Shown: positions 21,762 through 29,159 of the stretch, piece by piece
How positions within the stretch are numbered: the first letter of the stretch is position 1
Layout: every line of letters starts with the position of its first letter
Source of the DNA: Candidatus Heimdallarchaeota archaeon
Lineage (GTDB): Archaea; Asgardarchaeota; Heimdallarchaeia; JABLTI01
Reading direction: 5' to 3'
DNA length: 32,000 nt
Assembly: GCA_030614005.1 (NCBI GenBank)
Contig: JAUWKS010000004.1
Coordinates: 18,840 to 50,839 of the forward strand
Translations under genes and position numbers: made by a program
The notes under the pieces: generated by a model
Told to the model about the DNA's origin: nothing
Databases searched by the model: none
The model's input: only the letters and a program-made list of their open reading frames with translations

Positions 21762-22721
21762 ATGCATACAGAACAAGAATTGGAGATGGAAATAGAAAAA
21801 GTTCTAATTGCTGGATTAGATAATGCCGGGAAAAGCTCAATTCAAGATATATTGAAATATATCCCAATTGAAGCTGCGCAGAGAAGAACACCGAGTAAAG
21901 ATCTTGAGATATCAGAAAAAAAATTCTTAAAAAAGAAGTATATCTTTTTCATTCCACCAGGACAAGAAGATTTACGGTTGAAAGAATTTCATGGTACAAT
22001 GAAAAATGAGTATTTTGAAAATGTTAGTACGTTCATTTTTGTTGTTGATTCATCTGAAATTGAAAGAGTAAATGAAGCTAGAGAAGAGTTACAAAGATCA
22101 ATTGAAGATCTAATGCTGCTTTCTCCTGAATGTAAAAAATTTATTCTTCTTGCTCATAAACAAGATCTAGACGAAGCTGAAAATGGGTTATCTCTCAAAA
22201 AGCAAATTCTCGATCCTTTAAATCATCTTTTTCCAAATATTATTTATCAATTCAAAATATTTGAAACAACACTCTTTAGTCCTGAGACAATTCATGAACC
22301 ATTTGTAAAAGTTATTGCTAAACATGTTGGTATAAATAGATTCGATTTTGATAAATTGGCTGAATGGGTTCGAAAGCAAACGAATGCTAAAATCGTTCTT
22401 GTTACTGACCCCAATGGGTTACTCATTGGAGAATCATTTACAGGTATTGAAAATTCCACTGTTTTTGCTGCTTATGTAGCAAAAATTTTCTCTGCTATTG
22501 AAGACTTTCAAGCAGATTTAGAAGTTGGAGGGATAAAAATTATTGTCCTTGAGGATGAAGATGAGTCAAATTATAGTATAGTATCCAGAATTAATTGCAC
22601 AAAAGATGATTATTTAGCACTTTTAATTGGATTTCCAAAAACGCAAATTGGGATGACGAGAATCATAAATCGCACAGGGTTAAGTCATTTGAAGGATGCT
22701 TATAATAGCTATAAGACTTAA
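21762..22721 (+). CDS. Arf-family small GTPase fused to a C-terminal Roadblock/LC7 (MglB-like) domain
   Basis: G1 is GLDNAGKS (21813-21836). FVVDSSEIERVNEAREEL closely matches my recollection of human ARF1 (FVVDSNDRERVNEAREEL). G4 is HKQD. The C-terminal ~120 aa (KIVLVTDPNGLLIGESF...GGIKIIVLEDEDESNYSIVSRI...DDYLALLIGFPKTQIG) fit the Roadblock/LC7 pattern. The start could instead be the internal ATG at 21786. Confidence 0.8.
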   Translation: MHTEQELEMEIEKVLIAGLDNAGKSSIQDILKYIPIEAAQRRTPSKDLEISEKKFLKKKYIFFIPPGQEDLRLKEFHGTMKNEYFENVSTFIFVVDSSEIERVNEAREELQRSIEDLMLLSPECKKFILLAHKQDLDEAENGLSLKKQILDPLNHLFPNIIYQFKIFETTLFSPETIHEPFVKVIAKHVGINRFDFDKLAEWVRKQTNAKIVLVTDPNGLLIGESFTGIENSTVFAAYVAKIFSAIEDFQADLEVGGIKIIVLEDEDESNYSIVSRINCTKDDYLALLIGFPKTQIGMTRIINRTGLSHLKDAYNSYKT

Positions 22722-22771
22722 TGAAGAAAATCAAATAAAAAAATCCAATTAATTAGACCTGGGTGTAGGTA

Positions 22772-23833
22772 ATGATTACAAGTACAAAGTTGGGCATAAT
22801 TCTTGTTGAATTTGATTCACTTAAAGGACCAGTTATTCGAAATAAAAATCCAAAGAATTTTCAAATTCCAAATGAAACAAATGATGAAAATTTACTTATG
22901 TGGATATTAAGAGCAAATGAGTTCTCTGTTCGAAAAATTGGAAAGCAAACAGCATTTGCAAAAGCTATTTCTTTGGATGACCCAAATTTTCCTAGAAAGA
23001 AAAGACAGTTTGGATTAGGATTAATAGCTCAACCAACTATAGATTTGATTGAAGCAGAGAAAATCTTAGATTTAATTATTTCTACAAGTAAAAAAATAAG
23101 TAATAATAAACCATACTTTAAGATGCTAAATGGATTATTAACTTCAATTGCTAATTTCATAATTCCAAGTGAATTCAGCAATAGTGAAACTCTATCACCT
23201 CAAGAAAGAAAACCAATGAGCAGAATTCAAAATGAAATTATTCTGAAGCAAGAAACACCACGTATGCTAATTAGTAACAAATTTAATGTATTTCAAAAAG
23301 TAGTCATTTCTTCAAAGCAATCAAATTATACCATTTCTATTGGAAACAAAGAAACCTCCCTTGAATTAGAAAGAAATACTTCACATAAAGAAATGAGCAT
23401 TTCTACAGAAAAAATGAAAATTGATGTTGTAGTTCAAAAAGATATTCCGGAGAACTTACAGATAGGGCTAGATATTTTTTCAAGAATACTAGATGTTGTA
23501 ATAGATATATCAAATATTGAGAATAGGGTAGTATCCAGTTTGGAGTTTTTGGATAGATTACTACTTGAAGATGTTGATATTCACTATTACATGCCTTTCT
23601 CACAATACCTAGTTGCAATGGAAGCATATACCATATCTGAATTTAAAAATGAAGAAATTGAAGATCAAATTGCTAATTTCAAAGATACATACGGAGAATG
23701 GGTAGAGTGTATAATTGGAAAGGAATTTGATGGAAAAAAATTAGCTGAATTTTTCACTGTAACAGGTATAACACGTGAGAGTTTAGAATTACTGATTGAC
23801 CTATTATTTGTGAAACTTGTTGCAATCTTTTAA
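22772..23833 (+). CDS. Hypothetical protein with longin-like (FLCN/DENN-type) N-terminal domain pattern; possible GTPase regulator
   Basis: LGIILVEFDSLKGPVIRNKNP, then the helix NDENLLMWILRAN, then TAFAKAISLDDPNFPRKKRQFGLGLIAQP, then the helix DLIEAEKILDLIISTSKKI. This gives a beta-beta-alpha-beta-beta-beta-alpha order. It lies 50 nt downstream of the GTPase gene, with GGTG upstream of the ATG. The domain call is by eye only. Confidence 0.4.
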   Translation: MITSTKLGIILVEFDSLKGPVIRNKNPKNFQIPNETNDENLLMWILRANEFSVRKIGKQTAFAKAISLDDPNFPRKKRQFGLGLIAQPTIDLIEAEKILDLIISTSKKISNNKPYFKMLNGLLTSIANFIIPSEFSNSETLSPQERKPMSRIQNEIILKQETPRMLISNKFNVFQKVVISSKQSNYTISIGNKETSLELERNTSHKEMSISTEKMKIDVVVQKDIPENLQIGLDIFSRILDVVIDISNIENRVVSSLEFLDRLLLEDVDIHYYMPFSQYLVAMEAYTISEFKNEEIEDQIANFKDTYGEWVECIIGKEFDGKKLAEFFTVTGITRESLELLIDLLFVKLVAIF

Positions 23834-23882
23834 GAATCACAATAATTACTAGAATAACTAGTAAGGAGGCATCTCCGAAAGA

Positions 23883-24743
23883 ATGACCCATTCCATCAAC
23901 GAGAAGAAAGCACAATCCAATTCGATAATTATTCCAGATACGCCCGCAATAATGTTTAATGAAAAGGAATATAATAAAACATTAATTGTTTCTGATTTAC
24001 ACATTGGATACGTTTATGGAAGAAACACAAAAGGAATCATCCTTCCTGAATCAAAACGACCAGAAGATGATATCATTCGATTGCTTGATGAAAAACAACC
24101 AGACACGCTAATATTTCTTGGGGATTTTAAAGACGATATTTATGGAACACCACATCCAATTGCTGGAAGGATTTGGAAGTTTCTTAAACAATTAATGAAA
24201 AAGACTAATGTCATAATAATTAAAGGAAATCATGATGGGAAAATTGAAGAAATCATTCCGGAAGAAATAACTCTTATTCAACCTGAAGGATTGCTATTAA
24301 CCCAAAAAGAAACAAATAAATCGATTGGTCTTTGGCATGGACATGCTTCACCAGCCTTAGATGCATGGACAGCAGACATAACTATTTCTGCACATGCTCA
24401 CCCAGCATATACTTTTCGTGATGAGATTGGATCCAAGATAACTCAAAAAGTTTGGGTAAAAGCAAAGTGGTTGAATGCCAAAGAAGGAAAACCGGATAGA
24501 ATTCATATTATCATTCCCCCATTCAACAGATATATTGAAGGATATTCTGTAGATAGTGATTATTTTAAAACAATAGTATTAATGAGAGATGCAATTGATT
24601 TTGATAATGCTGAAATATTTACTCTCGAGGGAATTTTAATTGGTACATTAAAAAATCTCCGAGAGAATAGAAGAGAACTAGAAAGGAGATTAAATACATT
24701 AAGAAAAGAAGTAAATGCTAGTAAAAAGAAAAGAAAATACTAG
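23883..24743 (+). CDS. Calcineurin-like metallophosphoesterase (archaeal SbcD/Mre11-related type) with Lys-rich coiled C-terminal tail
   Basis: Motifs in canonical order: VSDLHIG, FLGDFKDD, IKGNHDG, WHGHA and SAHAHP. AAGGAGG lies ~13 nt upstream. The gene starts 49 nt after the preceding gene. Confidence 0.8.
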   Translation: MTHSINEKKAQSNSIIIPDTPAIMFNEKEYNKTLIVSDLHIGYVYGRNTKGIILPESKRPEDDIIRLLDEKQPDTLIFLGDFKDDIYGTPHPIAGRIWKFLKQLMKKTNVIIIKGNHDGKIEEIIPEEITLIQPEGLLLTQKETNKSIGLWHGHASPALDAWTADITISAHAHPAYTFRDEIGSKITQKVWVKAKWLNAKEGKPDRIHIIIPPFNRYIEGYSVDSDYFKTIVLMRDAIDFDNAEIFTLEGILIGTLKNLRENRRELERRLNTLRKEVNASKKKRKY

Positions 24744-24767
24744 CAACTAAACAAAGTTCAGCACTAA

Positions 24768-26150
24768 CTATTTTTTGTTGGCTTTAGCCACAACAATTCC
24801 CGAAATAGCACTTTGCATAACACCTCGAGTAATTCCAGCACCATCTCCACAGAAGTATAGATTTTTGATATCCTTAGATTCAAGGTCTTTGGTGAGATCA
24901 ATTCGAATACTATAAAGCTTTATCTCAGGAGCGTAAAGCAGTGTATTTGGTCCATCAATTCCTGGCATTATAACATTCAAATGAGTTAGGAAATCTCGCA
25001 AGTCACTCATCACTCTACTTGGCATCGCAAAAGTAATGTCTCCTGCTATTGCGCTTTCTAGTGTTGGTTTAATCACTGAACGAGCTAATCTTTCGGGTGT
25101 TGAACGTCGACCATTCTTCAAATCTTCAAATCGTTGCACTAAAACGGAGTTTCCGCCTGAGAGCATGTTTGAAAGATATGCAACATGTTTTGCATATTGG
25201 ATGGGTTGATTGAATGGTTCGGTGAAATTACAAGTAACAAGTATAGCAAAATTTGTATTGGGGCTCTTAACATCAGTTCTACTTTCACCATTCACACATG
25301 TTGTTTCTTCATATCGTTCAGTTGTAACATATCCTCCTGGACAAACACAGAAGGTTCTAACAGAATCCTCATAGGTTTTCGTTGAGTATTCGATTTTAAA
25401 TTCATATAAATTATCTGTGTATTCAGCACAATATTCATTCAAGGTTTCAATGCGAACACCAATATCAACAGCATTGTTAGAGTATTTGATTCCTAATCTA
25501 TCACATTCTGCTTTAAGCCAATTAGTACCGCCACGACCAACAGCCATAACTACATTTTTAGCTTTGTAAATGTCACCTTTTGTTGTTGAAACGCCTATTG
25601 TTTTGCCGTTTTCAATAAGAATTTTATCAACAGAGGTTTTTAGAATGATGTTAATTTTATCTTTCAAAAATAGGTAAATATTATCCATTATCGCAGAAGC
25701 ATTATCAGTTCCCAAATGTCGAATGGGGTATGTGGTCAATTTCATATTTTCTGCTCTGCAGATACTTTTCTTTTGATCAACAAATTCAGGGTCAGGAGAA
25801 AAATACCGATCCCCACCATTGCTATAAGAAAGAATAACTTCATCAACATATTCAGTGTATTCTTCTAGTTCTTCGAGAGTAAGAAAATCACTCATCCATC
25901 CACCAACAGTGCCAGAGATATCTTTTGTAATCTTACCATCTGACCAAGCACCAGCTCCACCAAAACCACTTGTAATGTTACAAATAGTACAAGCTACACA
26001 TTCAATATTTCGCTCTCGACGAGGGCATTTCCTTTTGTATACTTCCTTACCTCGATCAATAAGGGTGATTTTTTTTATCCCTTGTTTAAGAAGTTCTAGA
26101 GCACAGAAAATTCCTGAAGGACCAGCACCAACGATAACATAATCATCCAT
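24768..26150 (-). CDS. FAD-dependent oxidoreductase, COG2509-like
   Basis: N-terminal YVIVGAGPSGIFCALEL (GxGxxG) followed by CPRRERNIECVACTICNITSGFGGAGAWSDGK, which I recognise as the COG2509 uncharacterised FAD-dependent dehydrogenase pattern. Confidence 0.75.
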   Translation of the reverse strand: MDDYVIVGAGPSGIFCALELLKQGIKKITLIDRGKEVYKRKCPRRERNIECVACTICNITSGFGGAGAWSDGKITKDISGTVGGWMSDFLTLEELEEYTEYVDEVILSYSNGGDRYFSPDPEFVDQKKSICRAENMKLTTYPIRHLGTDNASAIMDNIYLFLKDKINIILKTSVDKILIENGKTIGVSTTKGDIYKAKNVVMAVGRGGTNWLKAECDRLGIKYSNNAVDIGVRIETLNEYCAEYTDNLYEFKIEYSTKTYEDSVRTFCVCPGGYVTTERYEETTCVNGESRTDVKSPNTNFAILVTCNFTEPFNQPIQYAKHVAYLSNMLSGGNSVLVQRFEDLKNGRRSTPERLARSVIKPTLESAIAGDITFAMPSRVMSDLRDFLTHLNVIMPGIDGPNTLLYAPEIKLYSIRIDLTKDLESKDIKNLYFCGDGAGITRGVMQSAISGIVVAKANKK

Positions 26151-26238
26151 TTGACATTACCTTGCTTTACTTTTTTTTCTTAATAAAAAATTCTTCGCTC
26201 GTTATTATAAATAAAATAGCTTTTTTCATTCAAATTGA

Positions 26239-27522
26239 TTATAAATTAAATAATAATAGGGCAATGTTGCCATACAACAAATACTGAATATACCCTAAGA
26301 ACATTAGAGAAACAAAAGGTATTCCAGGTGTAACCCAAACTGATTTCTTGTGTTGTTTTCTTAGCTGCCAGAGAGTTCGCAATTGTCTTTGCTCCATAAC
26401 ATCATCTTCATCTAAGCCCATTCTTATTTTGAGTTGCCAATCTTGAGAGTTCTTTGTAGTGTTACCATTCATTTTTCCTTTTGATGACTGACCTTCAAAA
26501 TCGCCAGCTAATTTACCAATCATTTTTCCAGATAATTGACCTTCGAAAATTCCTTCAAGTGTACCAATAAAACATCCTTTAATTGGATGAGTATATCTAC
26601 CATCAATATTGATTAGATATTCATTGGGTTCCAAAGCTACCTCTTCGGTTTCTTCAAAAGTTCCACGATATTTCATTAAGAGAGCAGTAACCGTTTCATC
26701 GTCATCATCATCTTTTCTGAGCTCTAATGCTTTTGTAAGACGTTCAGCTTTTGTAATAGCATTCTCAAGAGTTAATTTCTCGAAATTTTCAGTATCAGCC
26801 AATTGAATTACTCCAATTACTTTTCCTGTAAATTCACCTATTAATTCACCATCGAAAATTCCAAGGAATTTCCCATCTAATCGACCTTCAAAGTTACCTT
26901 CAAAATTGCCCGAGAACTCCTTATCGGTGAATTCTTCTAGAAAATCAAAATGTAATTTTTTCTCATTAATTTTGCTTACAGGTTTCTTATATCCGAAGAA
27001 GAAGCATCTGATTTTTTGGGATGCAGTACCCCTTACTTCATTAAAGAGCGATTCCTTTGATGCAGAAATAGCATTTACTACCATAAGAATTAGTGGATAG
27101 AAAATAGCTATAAGACCAGCATTCAGTAACAATGAGAATACCATTGAGTCAATAATGTTTATTATCAATAAATCAGGTAAGTTGATGTTTACTAAATTAG
27201 TAGTAAGAGGATTAACAGGAGTAAGTATCGAGAGTGCCCAAAGTGCTTTGGTATCTGCTCCACCCCATACACCAAGATAAAATAAAATAAAGCCTATTAA
27301 AAATCCTAAAACAACAGTAATTAGGATGAGAAGCAGAGCATTATTTTGATCCTCGGCATTAATAACATACAAAGTATCCATTACTAATCCTATGATAACC
27401 ATAAGGACCCATACTATCTCTCTTCGAACCTCTCTGTGGAGAATATCTTCAATTCCTGCATAAAGTAAAGCAGCAAGAGTAACTGTGGGAACTATAATTG
27501 AATAAACAAGTTCGAATGACAT
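26239..27522 (-). CDS. A24-family prepilin/preflagellin-type aspartic peptidase with a ~235-aa soluble insertion
   Basis: First catalytic-Asp context is AGIEDILHREVRREI (D26, TM1). The second is GVWGGADTKALWAL (D89, GxGD-like). The protein has multiple TM helices and a terminal VWVTPGIPFVSLMFLGY helix. Residues ~156-393 are hydrophilic. Confidence 0.75.
   Translation of the reverse strand: MSFELVYSIIVPTVTLAALLYAGIEDILHREVRREIVWVLMVIIGLVMDTLYVINAEDQNNALLLILITVVLGFLIGFILFYLGVWGGADTKALWALSILTPVNPLTTNLVNINLPDLLIINIIDSMVFSLLLNAGLIAIFYPLILMVVNAISASKESLFNEVRGTASQKIRCFFFGYKKPVSKINEKKLHFDFLEEFTDKEFSGNFEGNFEGRLDGKFLGIFDGELIGEFTGKVIGVIQLADTENFEKLTLENAITKAERLTKALELRKDDDDDETVTALLMKYRGTFEETEEVALEPNEYLINIDGRYTHPIKGCFIGTLEGIFEGQLSGKMIGKLAGDFEGQSSKGKMNGNTTKNSQDWQLKIRMGLDEDDVMEQRQLRTLWQLRKQHKKSVWVTPGIPFVSLMFLGYIQYLLYGNIALLLFNL
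26464..26577 (-). repeat. Coding tetrad repeat block 2 in the peptidase insert
   Basis: aa 316-353 read G CFIG TLEG IFEG QLSG KMIG KLAG DFEG QSSKG KMNG. Eight Gly lie at exact 4-residue spacing, followed by two more. Confidence 0.85.
26812..26916 (-). repeat. Coding tetrad repeat block 1 in the peptidase insert: nine Gly at exact 4-residue spacing
   Basis: aa 203-237 read FSG NFEG NFEG RLDG KFLG IFDG ELIG EFTG KVIG. I verified the reverse complement of 26881-26916 as F S G N F E G N F E G R. Confidence 0.85.
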
Positions 27523-27561
27523 AATAGAACACTCATTACAATATTCTGTTTTAAATTATAT

Positions 27562-28539
27562 TTACTTACCATTCTTCTTTTTATTGGTGGAAGCACTTTT
27601 CTTCTTATTTTTTGGGAGATCTTCTTCATCTTTAGCCGGAGGTCTCAGACAACCAGAGGTAACTAAAATATTGCGTAATTTTTCTAAATCACTGCCAGAT
27701 AGTGGGAAAATGGGTTTACGTGGATTACCAACATTAACTCCAAGAAGGTTCAAACTGGCTTTTATTGCAGCAGGAAATGATCCAAGTTTTAAACCAATTT
27801 CAAGAGGGAGAAGTTTAGTTTGAATTTCTTCAAAACGTTCTTTCATTTCAACATTGAAAGCTTCATACAATTCAACGAGTAAATTTGGAACGACGTTTGC
27901 ACTTGGAATGATTGCTCCTTCTATTCCACCTTCTTTTAGAGCTTGAGGAAGCAGTAAACCTCTTCCAGTAAATACTCGAAAATCATCACTTACTTCTGAG
28001 CTTATTTGTGAGATTTTCTTGAAATCACTACTAAGCTCAATCATTCCAATGGTATGAGCAAATTTAGAGATTTTCCTAATAGATTCAACAGATAAATCTA
28101 TGCCACATCTATCTGGATTATTCACGAATAATGTGAAATTAGTTATGTTCTTACTTATTGATTCATAATGATTGATTAATTCAAGAGCTGAAAGTGTAGG
28201 TATTTTTGGAGGGTAAACTACAAAACCATCTGCACCCGCATCTGTAGCATATTTAGCAATTTCCAGTAACCTCGCTTTTGATTCTGAGGGAAGACCAATA
28301 TAAACCGGCACAGCTCCATTTACTTGATCAAGTATTGTATCAATTACTTGATGATATTCTTCATCACTTAAAGAATAGTGTTCTCCACTACTGCCAGTAG
28401 GTATTATGGCATTAATTTCAGAATTAATTAAAAAGTCAATTAACTCTCTTAATCCAATAAGATCTAAACTTTCGTCTTGATTGAAAGGGGTAATGCAGGG
28501 ACAACCGATTCCTTTGAATTTTTTACCCATTTTTTCCAA
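27562..28539 (-). CDS. DapA/NAL-family (class I aldolase fold) protein lacking the canonical Schiff-base lysine; Lys-rich C-terminal tail
   Basis: Family pattern ITPFNQDESLDLIGLRELIDFLINSEINAIIPTGSSGEHYSLSDEEY. By-eye alignment to E. coli DapA [26 protein letters not shown] gives HTIGMIELSSDFKKISQISSEVSDDF, which places Ile167 (codon 28039-28041) at the K161 position. Confidence 0.75.
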   Translation of the reverse strand: MEKMGKKFKGIGCPCITPFNQDESLDLIGLRELIDFLINSEINAIIPTGSSGEHYSLSDEEYHQVIDTILDQVNGAVPVYIGLPSESKARLLEIAKYATDAGADGFVVYPPKIPTLSALELINHYESISKNITNFTLFVNNPDRCGIDLSVESIRKISKFAHTIGMIELSSDFKKISQISSEVSDDFRVFTGRGLLLPQALKEGGIEGAIIPSANVVPNLLVELYEAFNVEMKERFEEIQTKLLPLEIGLKLGSFPAAIKASLNLLGVNVGNPRKPIFPLSGSDLEKLRNILVTSGCLRPPAKDEEDLPKNKKKSASTNKKKNGK

Positions 28540-28571
28540 CTCAGTATTTTCAGTTTGATATCAATATTGAT

Positions 28572-29021
28572 TCACTCTATAAGTTTTTCAGTACCACAAA
28601 TAATACAAAATTGTTCAGCGGAAAGGGGTTGGCCACATAAAGAACAAGTCATTCCTTGATACAATGTTGAAGAAGCTACTTCACCTGTTTCTTCATCAAA
28701 AAAAACTTTTAGTTTACCTTGACCACGTAGAGTTAGTATAAGTTCGCGCAAATCAGAAATTTCAATATTTAGATCTATTGAAAGTTTGGTCAAACTAATT
28801 CGCTCATTTTCCATTGTGGAAATATATTTCAAAAGCACTCTATCAGAAACTATACTATCAAAGATACCTAGTAAACCGATAACGACCAATATTATGCCTG
28901 GAATTATCATCCAAATATCACCAGGGATAAGAGTAAAACTGGGTGCAATTGAAGCCCAAATGATAAAAAGTATACCTAATACGCTGCTTGTAATGAACCA
29001 AATAAAGTGATTTTCACGCAT
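28572..29021 (-). CDS. Small membrane protein: two N-terminal TM helices, wHTH-like segment, C-terminal CxxC-x8-CxxC zinc ribbon
   Basis: The TM helices are FIWFITSSVLGILFIIWASIA and IWMIIPGIILVVIGLLGIF. The wHTH-like segment is ISLTKLSIDLNIEISDLRELILTLRGQGKLKV. The zinc ribbon is CSLCGQPLSAEQFCIICG. GGTG lies upstream of the ATG. Confidence 0.55.
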   Translation of the reverse strand: MRENHFIWFITSSVLGILFIIWASIAPSFTLIPGDIWMIIPGIILVVIGLLGIFDSIVSDRVLLKYISTMENERISLTKLSIDLNIEISDLRELILTLRGQGKLKVFFDEETGEVASSTLYQGMTCSLCGQPLSAEQFCIICGTEKLIE

Positions 29022-29159
29022 TATTTACACCATAATAATTGCAATAAACATTCAGTGTTCTGCATTGATACTACTTCTTTTAATTATCTTGATTTAAAGC
29101 ATTTTTCATTAACGAAGAATTATCTATTTAGGATGCTAAGAATAAAAGAACATAGAATA

